This document shows, piece by piece, positions 1-7,219 of a DNA stretch of 20,000 bases; the first letter of the stretch is position 1; each line of letters begins with the position of its first letter. Source of the DNA: an uncultured virus (IMG/VR IMGVR_UViG_3300008117_000060) (taxonomy: Duplodnaviria; Heunggongvirae; Uroviricota; Caudoviricetes); the IMG/VR virus record IMGVR_UViG_3300008117_000060; one strand, written 5' to 3'. The notes under the pieces were generated by a model. It saw nothing but the letters and a program-made list of their open reading frames with translations. It made no database searches and had not been told where the DNA came from. The translations under genes were made by a program, and so were the position numbers.

Positions 1-586
1 GCTCCAAGCGTTGTAGATCAGTTGTGGTTGCCATTGTTGAAACAAATTCTCCATCAGCATTAACCAAGTCACAACCATCGCTCATTTTAGTATTAATTGT
101 GCCGTCTTGTTTTCTGGCCGCTTTACTTGGCGCACGATAAGCTTGTCCTTTATTGAAATATTGCTTGTTAGTAATTGAAGAATAGTGATTCCAATCTTTA
201 TAAAGATTCACAGATGCAACTGCTGCACACTGAACTGGACTAAGAGCAATTTGCATGGCTAAAATTTCCCACAGTGGTTTTTGCCACAATGGAATGTACT
301 CATCGAGATCGAGTTGAATCTTAAAATCTTGCGTGCAAGCTTGAAGGGCGGCATTTTTAATCTTGCCATCAAGCCAAGGGTCTTGATATGAAAAATCGGT
401 TTCTATAATTTTCCAGTTAGAAAAGTCTTTTAAAGTTTCTGAGATTGCTTCCTTTGTATTATCTACGGAAGTATTAACTGCGATGATTACTTCATCTGCA
501 AATTTGCATGAATTTTGAACGCTGTTTTCCCAACCAACAAAGCCATGCTTGATGAGGTTAAATGCTGAATGATAAATGCTAAACAT
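1..586 (-). CDS. Glycosyltransferase family 2 (GT-A fold), 3'-truncated by window edge
   Basis: Not in the ORF track because it runs off the edge. Manual translation from ATG at 586 is open to the window edge: MFSIYHSAFNLIKHGFVGWENSVQNSCKFADEVIIAVNTSVDNTKEAI...KNAALQACTQDFKIQLDLDEYIP. DEVII..S.D.T, N.AL..C and the DxD motif (DLDE) are GT2 hallmarks. The start overlaps the end of the PQ-loop gene. Confidence 0.85.
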   Translation of the reverse strand, partial: MFSIYHSAFNLIKHGFVGWENSVQNSCKFADEVIIAVNTSVDNTKEAISETLKDFSNWKIIETDFSYQDPWLDGKIKNAALQACTQDFKIQLDLDEYIPLWQKPLWEILAMQIALSPVQCAAVASVNLYKDWNHYSSITNKQYFNKGQAYRAPSKAARKQDGTINTKMSDGCDLVNADGEFVSTMATTTDLQRLE

Positions 587-845
587 GTTTTTTGTAAATG
601 TAATAAATTGCCACCATGACTGTTGCAGAAACTAGGCCACAAAAATAATTTACTATCCACCAAAAATCCCATCCAACACGCAAAAGGGTATATCCCATTG
701 CTGAGACATACCCAATTATTGAAAGAATAAACATGCCAACGCTAACGTCTTGCACATTTTTTGTCCTCAAACTTTTGGAGATTTGAGGAATGTAGCAGAC
801 TGAGAAGCAGAACGTATAAATAACACCTAGAATCTGTTCGATCAC
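579..845 (-). CDS. PQ-loop / SemiSWEET-like small membrane transporter (3 TM)
   Basis: YIPQISKSLRTKNVQDVSVGMF is a PQ-loop motif, followed by hydrophobic helices and ..WIVN.. . Start placed at GTG 845 from promoter geometry; the ORF track starts at TTG 863. Confidence 0.85.
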   Translation of the reverse strand: MIEQILGVIYTFCFSVCYIPQISKSLRTKNVQDVSVGMFILSIIGYVSAMGYTLLRVGWDFWWIVNYFCGLVSATVMVAIYYIYKKHV

Positions 846-849
846 TAGG

Positions 850-878
850 ATAATACGAAACAATAAAGAATTTTCTAA
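850..878 (-). promoter_or_regulatory. Putative sigma70-type promoter TTAGAA-17-TATTAT, 4 nt before GTG
   Basis: Minus strand reads TTAGAA(878-873)-17 nt-TATTAT(855-850)-CCTA-GTG(845), the same geometry as the promoter at 8546-8574. Confidence 0.45.
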
Positions 879-1913
879 TTAAATTCCCACTTCCTCTTCA
901 ATGTAATAAACATTGTCTAATAGAGGATTAAGAGCTAAAACTTCTTCTTGAGAAGGAAAGTCTTCTTCATTCAAAATAGCATCAGACATTCTGATTTCTC
1001 TTTCGGCCTGTTTGATATAAAAGGCTTCGATTGGGTCTTCACTGCTAGTGATTTCAGTAACAGTCTTGCCCTTCTCCCAAGTTCTACAAGCCCAATATCT
1101 AGCTTTCCATTTAGGACCAGGGTTGCTGTCGCATTGATGTCTTGCGCGGAAATTCTTGCGGCGTTCAGGGTCATCGCGTTTGATTTCCATGTTAGGGTCG
1201 CCAAATTTAACCATCACAGTGTTGCCTTTGTCGTTTTTAACATAAACGCCAAATTTCTTATTAGAGCCAGAAGGAAGTCTGAAAGGCTTATTAAGAGTTT
1301 TCTTTTCTGCTTCGGTATAGTCAATGTCTTCATTGAAGATGTCCATTTCTTCGAATAAAACACCAGCTTCGATTAGATTAATATGAGCTAATTGAAGCTC
1401 AAGGTCTTCAAAATCATAATAGTCGTGATTATGATCAAAAGCTTCGGAACCTTTGGCAATGTCGCCATCAGCAGCTTTATATGCATCTTTGACTTTTTCG
1501 CCACGCATCATTTTCAAGAAAGTATTGACGCGAGCCATTGCCCACTGCTGACGACTCTTGCCTGGACGATGAGTGGAACTAAAAGCACCCAAGCCACGGC
1601 GATAAACTTTCTTTAATTGAGAAAGAGAAACTTTACGGCTGTGCTTGGAGTTATGATCTTCAACTTTCTTTTTTAGAGACTCAGTGATTTTATCATTGAA
1701 AGTGATTTCGGCCTTAACAACTTCTTTTTTATCATCTTTCTCAAGATTTTTCTCAGCGCGTTCTTTAGCATCTGGAGTAGTGCCAGCAGAGCCTGGCTCA
1801 TTCATTTTTGAACCCTTTTTACGCTCATCTGGCTTCGCAGGAGTTTGTGCGGAGCTTTTTGGTCCAGGGCGGTTCTTGGCCTCTAAAATCTGTTGAGAAA
1901 AATCTACTTCCAT
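879..1913 (-). CDS. Phage protein with two conserved viral domains (DUF5824-like + DUF5754/DUF6321-like) joined by acidic linkers
   Basis: LKKVYRRGLGAF...RPG..RQQWAMARVNTF resembles DUF5824. KKFGVYV...VKFGDPNMEIKRDDPERRKNFRARHQC...ARYWAC..W resembles the DUF5754/DUF6321-type basic domain. Recognised from memory of the motifs. Confidence 0.7.
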   Translation of the reverse strand: MEVDFSQQILEAKNRPGPKSSAQTPAKPDERKKGSKMNEPGSAGTTPDAKERAEKNLEKDDKKEVVKAEITFNDKITESLKKKVEDHNSKHSRKVSLSQLKKVYRRGLGAFSSTHRPGKSRQQWAMARVNTFLKMMRGEKVKDAYKAADGDIAKGSEAFDHNHDYYDFEDLELQLAHINLIEAGVLFEEMDIFNEDIDYTEAEKKTLNKPFRLPSGSNKKFGVYVKNDKGNTVMVKFGDPNMEIKRDDPERRKNFRARHQCDSNPGPKWKARYWACRTWEKGKTVTEITSSEDPIEAFYIKQAEREIRMSDAILNEEDFPSQEEVLALNPLLDNVYYIEEEVGI

Positions 1914-1922
1914 GTTTACTTT

Positions 1923-1928
1923 TTACAC
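1923..1928 (-). promoter_or_regulatory. GTGTAA motif 9 nt upstream of the ATG at 1913 (candidate phage-specific promoter element)
   Basis: Minus strand AAGTGTAAAAAGTAAAC-ATG; the same hexamer lies 8 nt before the nrdB ATG (4593-4588). Confidence 0.35.
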
Positions 1929-1956
1929 TTAAAAAATTATTTTTATCAACAATTAG

Positions 1957-3603
1957 TTAAGCTTCGCAAGACTTACACTCATTAAGGGAGCGAGCCAATA
2001 ATTGACTTGGATTGCTTGATTTTTGGTAGTAAAAGCCTTTGATGCCTTGCTGCCAGCCAAAGATCATTAGTTTACTTACTTCTCCAACGGTTGTTGCTGG
2101 AGGAATCATAAGATTGAGGCTCTGACCTTGATCAATGAACTTTTGGCGTTGAGCAGCTTGGATAACAATTTCCTTTTGGGAGATTTCTCCAAAGGTCTTG
2201 AACACATCCTTTTCGTGATCTGTCAAGAAATCAAGATGCTGAACTGAGCCGCCATTTTCCAGAATGCTCTTCCAAACTTCTTGGTCGTCTTTATCTTTTT
2301 GCTTCAAGAGTTCTTTAAGATATGGATTCTTGTATGTGAAAGAGCCTTTGGCAAGTTTCTTGACATAGTAATTGGAGTTTTGAGGCTCAATACCTTGAGA
2401 AACTTGACCAAGAATAAAAGAAGAAGAAACTGTTGGAGCAATAGCTAAACGAGTAACCATTCTTTCGCCATATCCTTTGAGCATTTCTGGCTCACCATAT
2501 TTTTCAGCCATTTCTTTGCTTGCCTTCAAGCTTTTTTCTGAAATGAGCTTGAAAACGCTTGCGTTCAATAGTTTGGCTTCCATGCTTTCCCATGCAATGT
2601 TTTTGGCTTGCAAGAGAGAATGCCAACCTAAAACTCCAAGACCAACCGCTCTCTGCTCTTTTGCAAACTTATTAGCAGCAGCCATGAACGGCATATTTTC
2701 AGTCTTACGAATGTATTCTTCGGTCACAGTATCAAGGAAGTAGGTCAATACTTCAACAGCGTCAGTGTCCTTCCATTCATCGTAATGCAATAGATTAATG
2801 CTTGAAAGCACGCAAACAAACGAAGTATCCTTGTCAGAAGAAAGATTAATCTCATTACAGAGATTGCTGGCATAAATTTTTACGCCTTTGTCTTTATAAA
2901 CTGCTGGCGCTTGCTCATTTGCGTTGCCAGTGAAGTGAATATATGGATAGCCACTTTCAAAACGCTTCTTGATAACTTGGCCCCAAATTTTGAGCTTATC
3001 TTTGTCTTTGTTCAAAAGACCTTCCATCCATTCGTTTGAAATGCAAACACCAATGCTGAGTTCTTGGATTGGATGTCCTTCGCTACGAATACGAAGAAAC
3101 TCTTCTAAATCTGGATGATCAATATCCAAATACGCTGCCATTGAACCACGGCGGACATTGGATTGAGAAACAATGTTGGCTACCTTGTCAAAGAGTTCCA
3201 TGAAATGAACGCTGCCACTTGATGTTCCGCCAGAACTAATGGTTGCGCCTCTTGGACGCAGCTTGCCAAAATAAGCAGATGTTCCAGCAGCGTTCTTTGT
3301 CATCATTCCAATTTCAGCATTCTTATACAAAATGCTATCCATTGTATCGTCAATGAATGAGCCATTGCATGAGCAAGGTAAGCCTCTTTCAAGACCATAG
3401 TTTGCCCATACTGGAGAGGACAAACTAAACCAGCCACGCGACATGTAATCTTCGAACTTGTCTGCAAAGCCTCTGATCTTCAAATACTTTTCGGCAGTTT
3501 CAGCAATTTCTCTAACTCTTTCTTCTGCGGTTTGATCTTCTCTAACGTAACCGCGAGCAAGAAATTCGCGGGATTTTTGATTTAGCCAGTAGTATTTTGT
3601 CAT
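1957..3603 (-). CDS. nrdA: Ribonucleotide reductase class I alpha subunit (short form, no ATP-cone)
   Basis: SSPVWAN, SCNGS, RRGSMAAYL, NLCNEI (NxCxE), VCVLSS, AIAPTVSSS, IDQGQSLN, FYYQ tyrosine pair, C-terminal CKSC. 548 aa. Confidence 0.97.
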   Translation of the reverse strand: MTKYYWLNQKSREFLARGYVREDQTAEERVREIAETAEKYLKIRGFADKFEDYMSRGWFSLSSPVWANYGLERGLPCSCNGSFIDDTMDSILYKNAEIGMMTKNAAGTSAYFGKLRPRGATISSGGTSSGSVHFMELFDKVANIVSQSNVRRGSMAAYLDIDHPDLEEFLRIRSEGHPIQELSIGVCISNEWMEGLLNKDKDKLKIWGQVIKKRFESGYPYIHFTGNANEQAPAVYKDKGVKIYASNLCNEINLSSDKDTSFVCVLSSINLLHYDEWKDTDAVEVLTYFLDTVTEEYIRKTENMPFMAAANKFAKEQRAVGLGVLGWHSLLQAKNIAWESMEAKLLNASVFKLISEKSLKASKEMAEKYGEPEMLKGYGERMVTRLAIAPTVSSSFILGQVSQGIEPQNSNYYVKKLAKGSFTYKNPYLKELLKQKDKDDQEVWKSILENGGSVQHLDFLTDHEKDVFKTFGEISQKEIVIQAAQRQKFIDQGQSLNLMIPPATTVGEVSKLMIFGWQQGIKGFYYQKSSNPSQLLARSLNECKSCEA

Positions 3604-3604
3604 T

Positions 3605-4579
3605 TTAAACGAGTTCTTCTAGTTCGAATGTTTTATTTTTCTTTGCGTAGTCAACAGGACGTTGGTAGAAAAAGTCAACAGCATTGTTTGCCAAGACTTC
3701 TTCATCCATCCACTCATAGTCTCTAGCAAGCGTTTTGTCAATGGTAAATAAGGGTTTGAAACCAATCTCTTTCAAAGAATCATTGATTCTATTTTTCACA
3801 TACTCTTTGAGAATATTAGCATTCATTCTTTGTGCGCTAAAGTCGCCAATAATCCAATCAATAATCTTGGATTCTGCTTTGAAAGCTTCTTCTGCTTCGT
3901 GCAAGATTCTTTGCTCCAAATCAGCATCGAAAAGCTCTGGACACTCTTTGCGAATCACGTTCACAAGTTTCATGCCAACTTTAGCATGAATGAGTTCTTC
4001 GTTCTTGGTATAGGTGACTTGTTGAGTTGTGTCTTTTAGCACATTGCGATAACGCCCGAACCAAAGAATAATGTAAAATTGAGAAAACAAAGAAACATTC
4101 TCAATGAAAAGAGTAAAAAGAATGAGTGCATAAACATATTGTTTACGAGAGTCTTTGTAGAAACGATGAGTGTATTTGCGAAGATAGTTGACACGACCAG
4201 ACACAACATCAAGCTTGAGATTTTCCTCAAAGATTTCTTCCATATCAAGAACTTCAAGAAGACGCTGATAAGCATTGTTGTGAATCACTTCCACTCCAGC
4301 CATCACATAACCAAGATCAGTGAGTGATGGGTGGGGAAGATTGTCTCCGAGCTTGGCCCAAAACTTTTTAACCGCCACTTCGATCTGACCAATGGCAGAA
4401 AGCGTGCGAATAATAACTTCTTGCTCTTCTTTGCTTAGATTTACTTTGAAATCTTGAAGATCACTGGAGAAGCTAAATTCTTTATGCGTCCAGAACCCTT
4501 CGTGCATTGCTGAAATAAAATCTTGAACCCAAGGATACCGATCTGGCTTGCGCGAAATTTGCTCGTCGAAAATAGTCAT
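3605..4579 (-). CDS. nrdB: Ribonucleotide reductase class I beta subunit (class Id-like)
   Basis: FWTHKEF, QIEVAVK, EVIHNNAY, IENVSLFSQF, NEELIH, DFF tail. Likely start is ATG 4579 (MTIFDEQ, 324 aa). 1-nt gap to nrdA. Confidence 0.96.
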   Translation of the reverse strand: MTIFDEQISRKPDRYPWVQDFISAMHEGFWTHKEFSFSSDLQDFKVNLSKEEQEVIIRTLSAIGQIEVAVKKFWAKLGDNLPHPSLTDLGYVMAGVEVIHNNAYQRLLEVLDMEEIFEENLKLDVVSGRVNYLRKYTHRFYKDSRKQYVYALILFTLFIENVSLFSQFYIILWFGRYRNVLKDTTQQVTYTKNEELIHAKVGMKLVNVIRKECPELFDADLEQRILHEAEEAFKAESKIIDWIIGDFSAQRMNANILKEYVKNRINDSLKEIGFKPLFTIDKTLARDYEWMDEEVLANNAVDFFYQRPVDYAKKNKTFELEELV

Positions 4580-4584
4580 ACGAT

Positions 4585-4612
4585 ATATTACACACTGGTT
4601 GGTCGCTGTCAA
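4585..4612 (-). promoter_or_regulatory. Putative sigma70-type promoter for nrdB-nrdA: TTGACA-16-TAATAT, overlapping GTGTAA
   Basis: Minus strand TTGACA(4612-4607)-GCGACCAACCAGTGTG-TAATAT(4590-4585)-ATCGT-ATG(4579); no room for a Shine-Dalgarno sequence. Confidence 0.6.
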
Positions 4613-4729
4613 GAATTTTGAAACAGAAAAATTTCTCAAACTTTTTTCACATTTTTTGAAAGAAATACCCCCTCTCCCTTCGTATCCCTAGCGTTCTTTC
4701 CTTGCCGAACGTAAATAGTCCTTAAAATA

Positions 4730-4773
4730 ATATTTATACTAAAGTTTCTTTAAAGTATATATCGTATAAATAT
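4730..4773. repeat. 10-bp perfect inverted repeat in the divergent intergenic region
   Basis: ATATTTATAC (4730-4739) ... GTATAAATAT (4764-4773) with a 24-nt spacer; an inner TATACT/AGTATA pairing is also possible. Confidence 0.6.
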
Positions 4774-4804
4774 AGAAAAATCTTCTTGACAGAAGATGTT
4801 TTCT
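4774..4804 (+). promoter_or_regulatory. Consensus -35 (TTGACA 4786-4791) centred in an imperfect palindrome upstream of the rightward operon
   Basis: AGAAAAATCTTCT-TGAC-AGAAGATGTTTTCT (one bulge). TTGACA ends 28 nt before ATG 4820; the -10 match is weak. Confidence 0.5.
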
Positions 4805-4819
4805 GGAAGAAGTTGAGAT

Positions 4820-5107
4820 ATGGTTATCCTCAAAAACTTCAAACAAAAAATCTTCCTTGTCCAAAGTGGCGATTGGGAGTGTGTAGTTAACGCAGAAGAC
4901 GTTACAGATGCTTGCTCAAAAGCACTAGAACAAGCAATGGCTTGCTACAAAGAAGCTGGTCTTGAAAATATCAGTCTTGGTTTTTTAATGTCTTGTCAAG
5001 AAATTCAGGAAGATTTAGAAAATATTTCGTATGTTCATACAGCGGCTATTTTAGCAAACAATGGCCACTACGAACTCGCTAAAAATTTAGATAATGAATT
5101 TTCCTGA
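4820..5107 (+). CDS. Hypothetical phage protein (95 aa)
   Basis: First ORF of the rightward operon, overlaps the dut start; no recognised motif. Confidence 0.7.
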   Translation: MVILKNFKQKIFLVQSGDWECVVNAEDVTDACSKALEQAMACYKEAGLENISLGFLMSCQEIQEDLENISYVHTAAILANNGHYELAKNLDNEFS

Positions 5108-5627
5108 CCTGCTTTATGTTGTTGATCAAGATTCAAATTTATCCCATCCTGCCCATGATGGCGATGTTGGATATGATGTAGTTGCAGCTTCAAATCCAAA
5201 AATTGTTGGTGAATGTTTTGAAGACACCAACATTTACAAAAGAATTGATTACATTGAGTATGATTTAAACGTCAAGGTTGACGGCTTTCAACCAGTCAAT
5301 TCGCCAAATGAAGACATCTACACTCTTGTTTTTCCAAGATCAAGCGTGAGCAAATATAACTTGCTTTTAGCAAACTCCATTGGAGTTGTTGACTCTGGTT
5401 TTCGATCTACAATTAAAGTTAGATTTAAGTATATCATGCAGCCAGAAGATTTAGTATTTTTTGATAATAAAATTCTCTGTATAGTTAATGAAAATAAAAT
5501 TTATCAAAAAGGTGATAAAGTTTGCCAATTAGTATTTCAAAAGCATTTTCACCCATCTATTGAATTTGTTGAAGAGCTTGAACAAACAGAAAGAAACGAA
5601 GGAGGCTTTGGCAGCACTGGCTTATGA
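5094..5627 (+). CDS. dut: Trimeric dUTPase
   Basis: All five motifs present: GDVGYDV, FPRSS, GVVDSGFR, GDKVCQLV, RNEGGFGSTG. Confidence 0.95.
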   Translation: MNFPDLLYVVDQDSNLSHPAHDGDVGYDVVAASNPKIVGECFEDTNIYKRIDYIEYDLNVKVDGFQPVNSPNEDIYTLVFPRSSVSKYNLLLANSIGVVDSGFRSTIKVRFKYIMQPEDLVFFDNKILCIVNENKIYQKGDKVCQLVFQKHFHPSIEFVEELEQTERNEGGFGSTGL

Positions 5628-6238
5628 TTATTGGAATTTCAGGAGTAGCCCGAAGTGGCAAAGACACTCTTGCCAACAACTTTGTAAAAATTTTTAAACA
5701 TCTTGGCATCAAAGCCAAGAGATATGCTTTTGCAGATGAGCTAAAGAGAGAAGTGCGACCATTTCTTAAAAAGAAAACTGGATTAGACTCCTTCACTCAA
5801 AATGATGACGAAAAGAAAATGATTCGTCCATTTCTTGTTGCTTATGGCACGCATATTCGCAGAGCGCTCAATGAGAACTGCTGGATTGATACTCTTTCTT
5901 CATATTTAAAAAATAACGAAATCGCAATCATTTCTGACGTTCGATACAAGAACGAGGCTGATTGGATTCAAAAAAATGGCTTTCTTATTCATATTGCGAG
6001 GCTTGACAAAGAAAACAATCTCATCAAACCAGCAAATTCAGAAGAGCTTGAAAATGACCCTATTCTACAAGCACAAGCCAACTTGTCTTATGTTTGGCAA
6101 ACAGTAGAAGAAAGCAAGGAAAAAGACAATCCATTCTCGCTTTCTGAATATAGCTGGGCTATTTTTGAACAATGCTTCGACTCGGAGGAAATCACACAAT
6201 GGCAGACGACTTATCCCTTATCGAAGAAATCAAAATAA
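5624..6238 (+). CDS. Deoxynucleoside monophosphate kinase (phage T4 gp1-like)
   Basis: N-terminal P-loop GISGVARSGKDT, FADELK, IISDVRYKNEADWI; ATGA overlap with dut. Confidence 0.85.
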   Translation: MIIGISGVARSGKDTLANNFVKIFKHLGIKAKRYAFADELKREVRPFLKKKTGLDSFTQNDDEKKMIRPFLVAYGTHIRRALNENCWIDTLSSYLKNNEIAIISDVRYKNEADWIQKNGFLIHIARLDKENNLIKPANSEELENDPILQAQANLSYVWQTVEESKEKDNPFSLSEYSWAIFEQCFDSEEITQWQTTYPLSKKSK

Positions 6239-6765
6239 ATAACAACGAAAGTTGTTTAAAAGAATTGATCGCAAAACACTCTGGAATTTATTTACAGATT
6301 GTTAACCAAACAATTTCTGATCAGTCAAATATCAATAAAAACGATATTATTGACGATAAAGACCTTTTCATCTATGAGAAGGCTCTAAAGTTTGACCCCA
6401 ACAGAAGAATCAAGTTTTCAACTTATTTAGGCAACGAAATAAAATGGAAATGCTTGAATATTCATAACAAGGTTAAAAAGTATGAATACTGTGATGTTGG
6501 TGATTTGTCTGAACATTTAGTTGACAAAGATTATATTGGCGAGTATATTAACCAAGAAATCATCTCACTGATTTATGATAAGGCAGACAAATACCACGAT
6601 GAAAGGGTAAGAAAAATTATTCAAATGCGTTATAGAGATTGCAAAAAGAATAAACTAACACCGTGGAAAAGAATTGCAAAAAAATTGAAATTATCAATAC
6701 AAGGATGCATTAATATTCACAATAGGTTCATCAAGGAAATTAAACACGAATTAAACAATAATTAA
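6199..6765 (+). CDS. Phage-encoded RNA polymerase sigma-70 family factor (regions 2 and 4)
   Basis: DLSLIEEIK..CLKELI..H, KFDPNRRIKFSTYL..EIKW (region 2); IIQMRY...TPWKRIAKKLKLSIQGCINIHNRFIKEIK (region 4 HTH). Start placed at ATG 6199. Confidence 0.85.
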   Translation: MADDLSLIEEIKINNNESCLKELIAKHSGIYLQIVNQTISDQSNINKNDIIDDKDLFIYEKALKFDPNRRIKFSTYLGNEIKWKCLNIHNKVKKYEYCDVGDLSEHLVDKDYIGEYINQEIISLIYDKADKYHDERVRKIIQMRYRDCKKNKLTPWKRIAKKLKLSIQGCINIHNRFIKEIKHELNNN

Positions 6766-6773
6766 ACACGAAT
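6738..6773 (+). repeat. 11-bp tandem repeat (x3.3) abutting the ssb start codon
   Basis: AATTAAACACG|AATTAAACAAT|AATTAAACACG|AAT then ATG at 6774. Confidence 0.8.
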
Positions 6774-7217
6774 ATGGTAAATAAAACAATTCTCTACGGC
6801 TTTTTGGTCGCTGACCCCGAAGCTCGATACACAAAAACTGGCAAGTGCGTTTGCAATCTTCGCATTGCTCATCGCGAAAATTATAAGGATGAAAACAAAG
6901 ACCCTCTTTATATGAGCGTTGATGTTTGGGATAAACAAGGCGAAATTTGCGCCAAAAATCTCAAGAAAGGTTCTAGTGTTATTGTTGATGGTCGCTTGGC
7001 TACCGATACTTACGAAAACAAAGAAGGTAAGAAAACTACCAAGACCTTTATTGTTGCTGATCGTGTTAACTTTGTTCCTCGATTTGAAAAGTCTGAAAAG
7101 ACTGAAAGCTCCCCGACACAAAAAGAAAAGAAAGTCGCGCCAAAGAAGATCACAGCCACAGTTGAGGAAGAAGAGTCTGGGACTGGCGGTGAAGAGGGTG
7201 ATGACATTCCATTTTAA
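6774..7217 (+). CDS. ssb: Single-stranded DNA-binding protein
   Basis: NKTILYGFLVADPEARYT, VDVWDKQGEICAKNLKKGSSVIVDGRL, acidic tail ending DDIPF. Confidence 0.96.
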   Translation: MVNKTILYGFLVADPEARYTKTGKCVCNLRIAHRENYKDENKDPLYMSVDVWDKQGEICAKNLKKGSSVIVDGRLATDTYENKEGKKTTKTFIVADRVNFVPRFEKSEKTESSPTQKEKKVAPKKITATVEEEESGTGGEEGDDIPF

Positions 7218-7219
7218 TT

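Noticed and set aside
1957..4579. Intron, intein or homing endonuclease in nrdA/nrdB, as is common in phages
   Set aside because: Both ORFs are continuous and of minimal length with all motifs in order.
4575..4620. Possible NrdR box upstream of nrdB (CGATATATTACAC)
   Set aside because: Only the ATATAT core matches; the palindromic acaC.AtATaT.Gtgt flanks are missing.
4580..4639. N-terminal extensions from ORF-track starts (nrdB 4639; also 6172, 8516, 9498, 10581, 12800)
   Set aside because: These upstream starts run through promoters, terminators or neighbouring genes; downstream ATGs fit the family N-termini and gene coupling better.
6738..6773. CRISPR-like array
   Set aside because: 11-bp head-to-tail units with no spacers and no cas genes.
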